Below are positions 12,996 to 25,232 of a stretch of DNA of 64,000 nt, piece by piece. Origin of the DNA: Okamejei kenojei. Lineage: Eukaryota. Position 1 is the stretch's first letter. Each line of letters begins with the position of its first letter. The stretch is taken from positions 248,001-312,000 of the forward strand of contig JAVHYY010000112.1 of NCBI GenBank assembly GCA_035221665.1. The letters are read 5' to 3'. Position numbers and translations under genes: made by a program. The notes below the pieces were generated by a model, which saw only the letters and a program-made list of their open reading frames with translations, made no database searches and was not told the DNA's origin.

Positions 12996-13925
12996 CGGCT
13001 CAGTGCGCAGTAATAAACTGCAGAGTCACTCAGCTCCAGGCCCGAAAGGGTTAAACTGACTAATTTGCTATCAGTCTGGAGCTGGGCAGCGAAGCGAGCG
13101 CCGGCAAAATCGGCTTTCTTCTCGCTTCCAGTTGAATATTTATACAGTATGAACTCCGGCCTTGAGTCCTGAGATGCCGGTACCAATATAAGTAGTAGTA
13201 CGTTACTGCGGTATCATAGCTGCAGCTGAAAGTCATCGACTCTCCTTCTACATTCTGTGCTGACGGGAACGATTGTGTGACGGTATCTCCATGATTGGGA
13301 TCTGAAAAAATATACGGATTATGTTCAGGTTTGTCATGCGTGCACCGAAATACGCGGAAGACCTTTGTATCACATGCTACTCAAACAGATCAACTGATAA
13401 TATAGTTCAATATAATCAAATTAAACGCACGTTCAACCGATAGATCAAGGGAAGATAGAAAATGCGGAATAACGTTATTATTATTGTAGCGAATCAGTCC
13501 CAGAGACAAACGCCAATTTGTCTCTGGGACTGGGTAGACATGCATCGCATAATTCGCTTGTATATCAAGGTGAACCGAACATTGCCGCGGCTTATAGGTA
13601 GGAAGGAACTACAGATGCTGACTTAAACCGAAGTTAGACACGAAAAGATGGAGTAACCCAGCAGTCAGCCAGCCTCTCTTGACAAAAAGAATAGATGACC
13701 TGATCAAGGGCCTGGACCCGAAACATTACCTATACCAAGTAATTTTCTCCATGGCATGTGGATGGTGATTAGATTGTACCCGGCTTTCCATTGCATATAA
13801 AGTTTAGACCGGTTCGCATACGCAATGATGGTCGACGTTCCGTCGGAGTAAGTAGCCGGATTAACAGCTGCGACTTTACCTATGAGGCATGCTCCCCACA
13901 CAATCCAAATGGCAAATACGCGCAT
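12996..13925 (-). pseudogene. TCR alpha/delta-type V2 (family I): leader 13880-13925, V exon 12996-13301, single 1-bp deletion
   Basis: Leader MRVFAIWIVWGACLI|G with GT donor; DTVTQSFP..FSCSYD..WYRH / QDSRPEFIL..LSDSAVYYCALSR; CATCTCAG versus paralog CATCATCAG at ~13172. Confidence 0.92.
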
Positions 13926-14469
13926 TTTCCCAGTGAAAAGCCCTTTGTGAATGTCCCTCCTCGACCTGTGGCTGGGCGGCTTACTGATGTTCTCGCCTCT
14001 CCTGCTGGTGGCACTGTGTTAACGGTGGGCGGGAAGCGACTGACTTCCGCCTATCTCAACTTCCTCCCATTTGGGGCTCGGTCAGCTTTCTTTCAGGTTA
14101 GCCTTGTAGTGACTGGGTGGGGAAGGTAACGTCCTCACCGCAGTAACAGGGGATACTCGGCTCGGCCATATGAGGAACTATGAATAACCACAATGAAAGG
14201 AAATGTGATGAGGTCAATGAGGGAATTATACGTTACGTTGATTGCCTGGCGAAATGTACTTTCTGTTTAAATTTATCTCCGAGTGAGAATGTATCCACAT
14301 CGAACCGCAAGGAACGGACTCGGTGCGAGATAAATGCAAGTTAGAATGCGAGTGCACCTTTAGAGTATTGCCTTCCGTTTTGGGTATGTGTCATATGAAA
14401 GATGTCAAGCAGGAAAGGGTGCAGAGAAGACTTTCGACAATGTTGCCAAGCACCAAAGGGACTGACTTT

Positions 14470-14785
14470 TGTTTAGTGCAGTTCAGAGATAGAGCGCGGA
14501 ATCTGGTCCTTCGGCCCGTCGAATCCGCACGGACCAGTGATCCCTACACATGAATAATATACATCACACACAGGGCAACAATTGTGGAATTTTAAAACAA
14601 GTCAAGTAACCTACAAACATGTACGACTTTGCAGTGTGGGCGGAAACCCAAAATCTCGGAGAAAAAACGCACGGAAGTCACGGGGAGAGCGTACACACTG
14701 TGTACAGACATGCACCCGTTGTCACGATGCCCGGGTCTCTGGCTCAGTGAAGAAGTAGCTATACCACACGCCACCGTGCCGCCGT
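14470..14785 (-). mobile_element. tRNA-derived SINE (HE1-like); paralog at ~40705-41015
   Basis: Minus strand starts cggcggcacggtggcgtg; same body as other copies. Confidence 0.6.
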
Positions 14786-16563
14786 ACCACTGAGCTATAT
14801 GGTGAGGATGAGTTGGGTAGGAATGTATCCCATGATGAGCCTGGGAATGAAGGTTTACAAATGAGAGGAACAGATCGAGTCACTTTATCGTATAGGAGAA
14901 TAGAGAACCAGGGGATACGGGTTTCAGGTGTGTGTGTGCGGTGGGAATTTAATAGGAACCAGAAGGGTAAACTTTTTACACAAACGGTGGTGGGTGTCTG
15001 GATCGAGCTGCTGGTAGGTATTTGAGGAAGGTACTGCGGCAACGCTTTAGACAGGTACATGGAAAGGATAGGCATGGAGGAATAAGGGCCAAGCGCAGGC
15101 TTGTGGATTAGTCTAGATGGGACATATTGGTCGGTGTTTGTGTGTGTGGTTAATGTGTGTGTGGAGAGAAAGAAAGTGGGAAGAACTTTCGCTGTATTGT
15201 CCCCATGCACACGCCGCTCATCACTTTTTGGTTGCAGAGGTAATTGTTTTGAGAGGTGTTGTTGGATTGGGAACTATATGCCGTACATCATCTGGTGTGC
15301 AGTCGATTTTCCATGTTTATAGGCATGGGAGTGTAGAGCATGGAAATAGTCCCTTCTGCTCAATCTGCCCTCATTGAACAAAATGGCCCATCTACCTGCG
15401 TTTGGCCGATGTCCCTCTAAATCATTCCTCTCCATATACGGAATCGACACGTCGTTTTTAAGTTGAGATAGTGACTGCCTCAACAACTTCTTCTGGCTGC
15501 TTATTCCATGCACCCTCCACCCATTGAATGAAAACGCTTCTCCTCGTTCCTATTAAATCTCTCCGTCTCACCTTAAACTTTTGTCCTCAAGCGCTAGTCT
15601 GGGGTAAAATACTCTGTGTATACACGCTGTCTATTCCCCTCGTGATCGTATGCACGTCTACATGATCATTTATGTAGTTTATTCCTGGAAGGTAGTGCAA
15701 ATATTAGCAGTGATGGCGGATTCAGTTGTAAAATTCGGATTAGATCTGAGAAGAGCAGTTGGTCGGGCGATATACACAGCAAGGCGATGTAGCCCAGCCC
15801 AATAACCGGTTGGGATTGAACCAATTTTGCTGGCCACATTCATGCTTCAGGAAACAGGTAGTTGGCAGTCACAACCGTGATGCATCGGGCAACAGGTAAA
15901 TTAGTAATTGGACCGCTTTGATTTTCTCACGTAATTCAAGGTTAACACACATTCAGGATGGACAGGAAGAAGACAGCATCAAAGGAGAGAGAAGCAGATT
16001 TTATCTCTCATGTCGATATTTTTGTATAGAAATTCGCATAGACAGCACCACCTGCAGTGAAACACATTGCGCTGGAATGCACAACAGGCCGGGAAGCATC
16101 CGGGAAGGGAATGCATAGGGCGAAGTTTCTGGGACCCTTCGTAAGTCTGATTTTTTGGGCTACTGACACCAAACATCGCCTGTTTATTTTCCTCTGCGGT
16201 TGAAGCCTGATCTAATGGGCTTCTCCGGATCTGCTCAATATTTCAACAATCGTCAGTTTAAAACTAAACTTAATGAAACTCACAGACATGATTTGGGAGC
16301 CGTTCAATGCACAATGACGTTCAGGCATATACGTGTCGTTACATTTGCTCATCAGACAACACCGAGCTCCTTGGGTAACACTATTTTGCTTTTATTGCTT
16401 CAGATTTTCCCTTATAAGGGCAGTGTCTCCAGCGCAGCTGTTCCGTCAACAGATAGACCCCACCCCGCTCACCCATATATGGAGAGCCAACGGAGGCAAG
16501 GGGAAACAACGAGGGAGCGCTCTGATTGCCGACGGCTCGTCAACAACTCAGCTGATAGACACC

Positions 16564-16963
16564 ATGTGGTTCCTCATTATCTGGATGGCGCGGGGAACAT
16601 TTTTGATAAGTAATAGTGACACACACGCATTTCTTGTCTCTTTTACTTGTGAAACAGGGTATGAATCTCAGAATTTAAATCTCGCAGGTCTGATTATTTT
16701 TTTCCCGTTTGGATCTATTGTTACAGATCATGGCCGTGCAGATTCTATTACTCAGTCGCTGCCGTTAGCAGTGAAGACAGAAGGAGAAGCAGTGACATTA
16801 GAATGCACATACAATACCCCAGGTGCCTTCATGATATACTGGTATCGACATATGCCCGGCTGAGAGCCGAGTACACTTAACGGAAAGACAGCGATGGCTA
16901 TGAACGGAATGTGGAGTTTGCTGAAAGTCGTTTCTCTGTCGAACACCGCACCAAGAGAAAATT
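16564..16963 (+). pseudogene. V3 (family II), 3'-truncated, no RSS: leader 16564-16609, V exon from 16727
   Basis: MWFLIIWMARGTFLI; DSITQSLPLAVKTEGEAVTLECTY..WYRHMPG then TGA at 16861; joined at ~16964 to sequence homologous to 36842. Confidence 0.9.
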
Positions 16964-17561
16964 CTCTGCATCAACGATTCCTGTATTCAGATAAAATATA
17001 CCGTAGGTCCTACAGTGGCAGTGCCCCCAAGTTCGACTCTGTAGTTCTGTGATTAGTCAGAGTAATTAGGAAATAAGCTTGCAATGTATTTACCGATTGA
17101 CCAACTAAACGGGATACACGCCTGTGTACACTGCGATTGACGATCCATTCCATCTATAACAATAAAATACCAGGTTATTCTGCCGATCGCTTATTTTCGC
17201 AAACGAGTTCTTGCAGATCAATAATATTCCAACATTTTAAGACACGACAATATTTTTTCAGAAAGCTATCCAATTTAACGAATAAATTTATGTAGCAATG
17301 TGTCTTTATTTGAAATAAAGATAATTTTGGCTTTTTTATGTAGAAATTAGGATCGTGCTAAGCGTTTATTCCGTATATCTAACCTGTTGTATCAGAACAG
17401 CCTTCTAGTCCATTCTTGAAAAGCAATCAGAAATTGATCCAATTCCGTGTAAATCAGGCCAAAATGTATTTATTCCAGGGAGGTGAATACGGTTGACAAT
17501 TTCACAATGCGTTGTTCATTTTCTGGTTTCCATAGATCAATAAGCGCTACAATCACAGATC

Positions 17562-18844
17562 ACAGATCACAGATCACAGATTCCTTTATTTGTCATTCAG
17601 ACCTTTCGGTCTGAACGAAATTTCGTTACCTTGCAGTCATAACATGTAATAAATTAAAACAAAACACACAATAAACACATAATTTAACATCCACCACAGT
17701 GAGTTCACCAAGCACCTCCTCACTGTGGTGGAAGGCAAAAGTCTTAAGGTCTTTGTCATTTTCCCCTACTTGTTCCCCCTCTGTACTGAGGCGATCCAGG
17801 CCTTCGATGTCATCGTCCACCAGGCCCGCGGCCGGGCCTCCGAAGCCAGGCCGCCACCGCCGCCGCCGCCAGAACGCCGGAACACCACCACAGCTCCCAG
17901 TCAGGATCGACCACGGGAACGCTGGAGCCGCCGGAGCTCTGAAGCCGGGCCGCCGCTGGAGCACCAGCTGGAGAGCCGCCGGAGAGCCGCCGGAGCGCCG
18001 AAGCCGGGCCGCTGCTGGAGCACCGCTGGAGAGCCGCCGGAGAGCCGCCGGAGCGCCGAAGCCGGGCCGCCGCCGGGACACCCGCTGGAGAGCCGCCGGA
18101 GCCGCCGGAGCGCCGAAGCCGGGCCGCCGCCGGGACACCCGCCGGAGAGCCGCCGGAGCCGCCGGAGCGCCGAAGACGGGCCGCCGCCGGGACACCCGCT
18201 GGAGAGCCGCCGGAGCCGCCGGAGCGCCGAAGCCGGGCCGCCGCCGGGACACCCGCTGGAGAGCCGCCGGAGCCGCCGGAGCGCCGAAGCCGGGCCGCTG
18301 CCGGAGCACCCGCTGGAGAGCCGCCGGAGCCGCCGGAGCGCCAATGCCGGGCCGCTGCTGGAACACCCGCCGGAGCCGCCGGAGCGCCGAAGCCGGGCCG
18401 CTGCTGGAACACCCGCCGGAGCCGCTAGAGCGCCAATGCCGGGCCGCTGCTGGAACACCCGCTGGAGCCGCCGGAGCGCCAATGCCGGGCCGCTGCTGGA
18501 ACACCCGCTGGAGCAACTGCTGGAGCGCCGAAGCCGGGCCGCCGCCGCCGCTGGAACACCGGAGCTCCGAACGCTCGCCACAGCTCCGAGGCCACCAGCT
18601 CCGCCATTAGGCCTCAGCACAGACGGAGATGGTGACGGGGGACACGACAAGAAAAGGTCGCATCCCCCCGAAGGGAGAGACTAAAACCTTGTTTCTCCCA
18701 CCCTCCCCCCCCCCCCCCCCCCCCACACAAACACAGCCTAATAAACCAAAAATTCCAACTAAAAACAGACACAAAGGACAAAAAAAAAGAAAAAAAACAG
18801 ACGGACTGCAGGTGAGCCGCAGCTGCCACGCAGCGCCGCCACTT
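17562..18844 (-). mobile_element. Non-autonomous retroposon (LINE-type 3' end) with an internal GC-rich minisatellite
   Basis: Minus-strand 3' end has a CAGACC-GAAA-GGTCTG stem-loop, AATAAA and a (TCTGTGA)n tail; absent from paralogous cassettes. Confidence 0.65.
17915..18570. repeat. GC-rich minisatellite, ~57-bp unit with shorter variants
   Basis: gccgccggagcgccgaagccgggccgccgccgggacacccgctggagagccgccgga repeated; 19-aa periodicity in the ORF track. Confidence 0.95.
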
Positions 18845-19198
18845 CAAATGTGGAGAACTTTATTCGGTACTCTGTATCTTTCCCTTTGCTCTATCTATTG
18901 CACTTCGGTTTGAATGGGTTGTATTTATGGATCGTTATCATGGCCAGCATGGGAAGCATAGTTTAAAACTGCATCTTTGACCATTATAAATCTAAACCTA
19001 ATCCATGTGTTTCCCGGCACCTGACACGGCGATTCTGTTCACACAGATGATGCCCTCAGCCCGGAGCACAGAAAGGGTGTTGGTGGTTTTCAGCTACGCC
19101 GATGTCACCGCAAACCGCCCTCGTGAGAAACTGAGTCAGTTGGGATAAATTCTCAGGCGGCGGGAAACCACAACCACCAATCGCAAAGCAGAAGCTTA

Positions 19199-19237
19199 TG
19201 TTTATGTAGGAAGGTTTCACTTGTTTCAATCACTGTG
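19199..19237 (-). other. 23-RSS of V4 (CACAGTG, 23, ACATAAACA)
   Basis: cactgtg 19231-19237. Confidence 0.85.
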
Positions 19238-20162
19238 CGGCTAAAGGCGCCGTAATAAACTGCAGAGTCGCTCAGCTTCAGCCCCGAGAGTGTTAAACTC
19301 ACTAATTTTCTATCGATCAGGAGCTGGGCAGAGAAGCGATCGCCTGCAAAATCGGCTTTGTCCTCGGTTCCTGTTGAGTTTATACTCAGTATGAACTCGG
19401 GCATTGAGTCCTGATGATGCCGGTACCAATATCAGTAGTAGCTCGTTTCATAGGTGCAGCTGAAAACCACCTTCTACCTTCTACCTTCTACCTTCTGTGC
19501 TGACGGCACCGATTGTGTGGCGGAATCTCCATGATTCGGATCTGAAAAAAAGGATTAGATTTTGGTTTGTTATGCGTACACGAAAAATACGCGGAAGATA
19601 TTTGTATTACATGCTACCCAAACGGATCAACTAATATTATATTTAAATACAATCAAACCAAACGCACGTTCAATAGACAGCTAAAGGGAAAATAGAAAGT
19701 GCAGAATAAAGTTCATATTATTGTAGCGAATCAGTTCCAGAGACAAAGGGCAATGTCGACACTGGGGTAAGCATGCGTCGCATAGTGCTCTTGAATGTCG
19801 AGGTGAACCGAACATTGCCGCGGCTTACAGGTAGGAAGGTACTGCAGATGTTGACTTAAAACGGTTAGACACGAAAAGCTGGAGTAACTCAGCGGGTCAG
19901 GCAGCCTCCCTTGACTAAAAGAATAGGTGACCTGAAGAAGGGTCACGACCCGAAACATTACCTATACCAATTAATTTTCTCCATGGCATGTGGATGGCGA
20001 TTAGGTTGTACCCGGTTTCTCATTTAAATATAGAGAAATATTAGACCGGTTCGCATTCACAATGATGGTCGACGTTCCGTCGAAGTAAATAGCCGGATTA
20101 ACTGCTGCGTCTTTACCTATCAGACATGCTCCCCACACAATCCAAATGGCAAATGCGCGCAT
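19238..20162 (-). pseudogene. V4 (family I): leader 20117-20162, V exon 19238-19541
   Basis: Leader MRAFAIWIVWGACLI; in-frame TAG and TGA; second Cys lost (YYGAFSR). Confidence 0.92.
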
Positions 20163-20261
20163 TTTCCCTGTGAAAACCCCTTTGTGTATGTCCCTCATCG
20201 ACCTGGTGCTGAGCGGCTTTCGGATGTTCTCGTTTCTACGGTTGGTGCTGATGGCGCTGTG

Positions 20262-21125
20262 TCTGATGGCGAAATGTCTGAACCGGGAAGCTGAATTAGC
20301 AAGACCCGTCTGGTAAGGTAAATGGATGGAGACAATGAACGTTACCCCTCAGTGTAGCGAGAAATGCACCCATCGTACCTTAAATCCTGGCGATTCCACA
20401 TCCATTCTCATTTTCCTGCTGATATGCCAATGCCAATAAAGTTAGGTAAACTATTACCGGATACTTTTACTAGATTGCACCCATGTGCTTTACATATAAT
20501 AGCACCAGAGTGTATCAAGTTAGACTTGAGCATGCAGATATGCATATTCGCACAACCTGTATCCGCAGAATGCACCTAATGTGAATAGGTAACTCATGCA
20601 AACCCCATCCGCCTCCGTAACTAAAGATGGTGTATAGTAATAATCCATTTTAAACATAGCATCAGTTAGTAATTAACTGACGAGTATTGATGAAGGTTAG
20701 TGGGGCAATGCTCAATACTGTTTGTCCACAATGGTGACTTTGCCAGCTGGGAATAGCCTGTGAGCTTGCTCCTTTGCACGCCGTAGAGCTCTGATGGTGC
20801 AGAAGGCGCAATAGCACAGCTGATCAATATATATCAATCCCAGACAATTTATAATTTCAGTTGGTATCAACTTATATTACTGGATAGATAAGAACCCAAT
20901 TCCTGCAGAATGGTTTGTGGCTGATACCGCTGATTAGGCAAAATAAAGTGTTTTAGAACATCATCCAGATAACCCATCAATAATATCTTACCTTCAGGAT
21001 TCAAACTGACCGCTGGTGGAGCAGCGCTTCTACAGCCTGTCGATGCGCAATGCGGTAGACGATATGACGCGCATGCGTGCTGGTGGGGTCTTCACGTAGT
21101 CACTCACGTGACTCCGAAGAAAAAT
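20262..21125 (-). mobile_element. DIRS-related terminal fragment
   Basis: Ends in gcgcatgcgtgctggtggggtcttcacgtagtcactcacgtgactccgaag, nearly the same as the DIRS end at 35777-35830. Confidence 0.6.
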
Positions 21126-22060
21126 TGCAGGTTATTCTGCCGATCACTTATTTTTTGTAGCTGAGTTTACGCAGATCAATAATATTCGAACATTTTAATA
21201 CACGCCGACATTTTCCAGAAAGATATCCAATTGGACGAAGAAAATTTCATGTGACAACGTGTCCTTATTTGAAACAAAGATAAATTTCATCTTGCTTGTT
21301 TCGCTTCCTTATGTAGGAATTAGGATCGTGCTTCCGTCTATCTTCCCCTTTCTATCAGCACACCCTTCCAGTCCATTCTTGAAAGCAATCTGAAATTGAT
21401 CCAATTCCGTTTAAATCAGTCCAAACTTTATTTATTCCTGGGGAAAAAAACGTTGACAATTTCGCAATGCGTTGTTCATTTTCTGGCTACCTTATGAAAC
21501 AGCAGATATTACATTTGCCTTGCCCAAATGAAAACATTGCAGCGCATTTGAGGCAAGTCACAAATTACTAGAGATGCTGGAATGTGCAGCAAAAATAAAA
21601 GTGTGTGTTGGAGGAACTCTACGGCGTTTGCCAGACACTGTACAAGACAATTGAATGCGTGAGACGAGTTGTAGTACACGAACGGTGAATCCCCACCTGA
21701 GGATTAAATAATTAGTGGATGGACTCTGCTGAGGGAGAAACTGCTGGAGATAACTGCAGGGATTGGAACGTTGCCTGTTTCTTCGTTGGCCATATAGAGC
21801 CTCCTTTGTTCCAAACCCATTCTCGCAAATACCCCCATTCAGCCTCCCCTTTGCGGACTACGGCTTGTGGACTTCCTCTTGGACCCAGGCAGTACAGGCT
21901 GATATTATGAACTTCGCCACTAATGTCCGCCCCGACCTCAAATTGACTGGAAACACTATACTCCTCCTTTGTCCTAATTGTTTTGTCGCTGTAACCCGAT
22001 GGGTACACCGACTCAATAGATGAGGGGTGATATAATCTGCCGCTAAAAATGAAACCATTT

Positions 22061-25000
22061 AGAAACATAGAAACATAGAAATTAAGTGCAGGAGTAGGCC
22101 ATTCGGCCCGTCGAGCCTGCACCGCCATTCAATATGATCATTGCTGATCATCCAACTCAGTATCCCGTACCTGCCTTCTCTCCATAGCCTCTGATCCCCT
22201 TAGCCACAAGGGCCACATCTAATCCCCTCTTAAATATAGCCAATGAACTGGCTTCAACTACCATCTGTGGCTGAAGTTCCAGAGACTCACCACTCTCTGT
22301 GTGAAAAATAAGTATTTCTCATCGCGGTCTTAAAGAATTTCCCCCTTATCCTTAAGCTGTGACCCCTTGTCCTGGACCTCCCCAACATCGGGAACAATCT
22401 TCCTGCATCTAGCCTGTCCAACCCCTTAAGAATGTTGTACGTTTCTATAACATCCCCTCTCAATCTCCTAAATTCTAGAGAGTATAAACCGAGTCTATCC
22501 AGTCTTTCTTCATAAGACAGTCCTAACATCCCAGGAACCAGTCCGGTGAACCTTCTCTCCACTCCCTCTATGGCAATAATGTCCTTTCTCAGATTTGGAG
22601 ACCAAAACTGTACGCAATACTCCAGGTGTGGTCTCACCAAGACCCTGTACAACTGAAGTAGAACCTTCCTGCTCCTATACACAAATCCTTTTGCTATGAA
22701 AGCTAACATGCCTTTCGCTTTCTTCGCTGCCTGCTGCACCTGCATGCGTACTTTCAATGACTGGTGTACCATGACACCCAGGTCTCGCTGCATCTCCCCT
22801 TTTCCTAATCGGCTACCATTTATATAATAATCTGCTTTCCTGTTTGTGCCACCAAAGTTGATAACCTCACATTTATCCACATTATACTGCATCTGCCAAA
22901 CATTTGCCCACACACCCAGTCTTTTCAAGTCACCTTGCAGTCTCCTAGCATCCTCCTCGCAGCTAAACACTGCCTCCCAGCTTAGTTTCATCCACAAACT
23001 TGGATATATTGCCTTCAGTACCCTCATCCAGATTATTAATATATATTGTAAATAGCTGGGGTCCCAGCACAGAGCCTTGCGGTACCCCACTAGTCACTGC
23101 CTGCCATTGTGAAAATGACCCGTTTACTCCTAATCTTTGATTCCTGTTTGCCAACCAGTTCTCTATCCACATCAATACTGAACCCCCAATGCCGTATGCT
23201 TTACGTTTGTATACTAATCTCTTATGCGGGACCTTGTCGAAAGCCTTCTGGAAGTCCAGATACACCACAACCACTCGTTCTCAGTTATCCACGCTACTAG
23301 TTACATCCTCGAACATTTCCAGAAGATTCGTCAGACATGATTTACCTTTCGTAAATCCATGCTGACTTTGTCGAATGATTTCCCCAATTTCCAAATGTGC
23401 TGCTATCCCATCTTTAATAACTGCAGCAGTTTCCCTACTACCGATGTTAGACTAACTGGTCTGTAATTCCCCGTTTTCTCTCTCCCTCCATTCTTAAAAA
23501 GAGGGGTTACGTTTGCTACCCGCCAATCCTCAGGAACTACTCCAGAATCTAAAGAGTTTTGAAATATTATCACTAATGCATCCACTATTTCCGGAGCTAC
23601 TTCCTTAAGTACTCTGAGATGCAGCCTATCTGGCCCTGGGGGTTTATCTGCCTTTAATCCATTCAATTTACCCAACAGCACTTCCCGGCTAACCTGGATT
23701 TCACTCAATTCTTCGTTTGACCCGCGGTCCCCTGCTATTTCCGGCAGATTATTTATGTCTTCCTTAGTGAAGACGGAACCAAAGTAGTTATTCAATTTGT
23801 CCGCCATATCCTTGTTCCCATGAATAACTCACCTGTTTCTGACTGCAAGGGATCTACATTTGTTTTAACTAATAATTTCTCCTCACATATCTATAAAACC
23901 TTTAGCAGTCAGTTTTCTTTCATAATCTATTTTTCCTTTCCTAAATAAGCCCTTTGTCCTCCTCTGCTGGTCTCTAAATTTCTCCCAGTCCTCTGGTATG
24001 CTTTTTTCTGGCTACTTTGTACGCATCATCCTTTGCTTTGACACTATCCCTAATTTCCCTTGTTATCCACGGATGCACTACCTTCCCTGATTTATTCTTT
24101 TGCCAAACTAGGATGAACAATTTTTGTAGTTCATCCATGCAGTCTTTACATGTCTTCCATTGTATATCCACCGTCAACCCTTTTAGAATTAATTGCCAGT
24201 TAATCTTGGCCAATTCACGTCTCATACGCTCAAAGTTACCTTTCTTTAAGTTCAGAACCATTGTTTCTGAATTAACAATGTCACTCTCCATCCTAATGCA
24301 GAACTCAACCATTTTCTGGTCACTCTTGACCAAGGGGGCGCGTACAACAAGACTGCTAACTACCCCTTCCTCATTACACACCAAACCCAGTCTAAAATAG
24401 CCTGCTCTCTCGTTGGTTCCTGTACATGTTGATTTAGATAACTATCCCGCATACATTCCAAAAAATCCTCTTCCTCAGCATCCCTGCCAATTTGATTCAC
24501 CCAATCTATATGTAGATTGAAGTCACCCATTATAACTGTGTATCCTTTGTCGCACGCATTTCTAATTTCCTGTTTGATACCATCCCCAACTTCACTGCTA
24601 CTATTAGGTGGCCTGTACACAATACCCAACATCGCTTTCTGCCCCTTAGTGTTTCGCAGCTCTACCCATACCGATTCCACATCCTCCAAGCTAATATACT
24701 TCATTTCCATTGCGTTAATCTCCTATCTAACCAGCAACGCTACCCCACCTCATTTTATTTTATCTCTATCCCCCCTGAATATTGAATATCCCTGGATGTT
24801 CAGCTCCCAGCCTACGTCACCTGGGGCCATGTCTCCGTGATACCAACTATATAATAATCATTAATAGCTATTTGCACGTTCAACTCATCCGCTTATTACG
24901 AATACTCCTTGCATGAGACACAGAGCCTTCAGACTTGTTTTTACAACGCTCGTACCGCTTATAGAAATATGTTGAAAAGTGGCCCTTTTTATTTTTGCCC

Positions 25001-25232
25001 TGGTTTTGTCTGCCTGCCACTTTTATTTTTCACCTTGCTACCCATTGCTTCTACCATCATTTTACACCCACTTGCCTCTCTGCTCTTGTACCCAACCCCC
25101 TGCCACATTAGTTTAAATCCTCCCCGACAGCACTAGCAAACACTACCCCATTGGTTCCATTCCAGCCCAGGTGCAGACCGTCCTGTTTGTACTGGTCCCA
25201 CCTCCCCCTAGTTTGTACTGGTCCCACCTCCT
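22061..25232 (-). mobile_element. CR1-clade LINE, near-complete ORF2 (APE endonuclease + RT) and end of ORF1, degenerate
   Basis: [37 protein letters not shown]; ORF1 esterase-like YKQDGLHL; (TTTCTATG)n tail; TSD ccattt 22055-22060 and 25233-25238. Confidence 0.95.

Noticed and set aside
16333-16863. ORF reading through the V3 leader, intron and exon
   Set aside because: The 117-bp intron is in frame only in V3; paralogous introns are 116 bp, and V3 has a stop and is truncated
17915-18570. CRISPR-like array
   Set aside because: No unique spacers and the context is eukaryotic
17626-18684. Overlapping 200-320 aa ORFs on both strands
   Set aside because: Caused by a stop-poor GC-rich minisatellite; no domain signal
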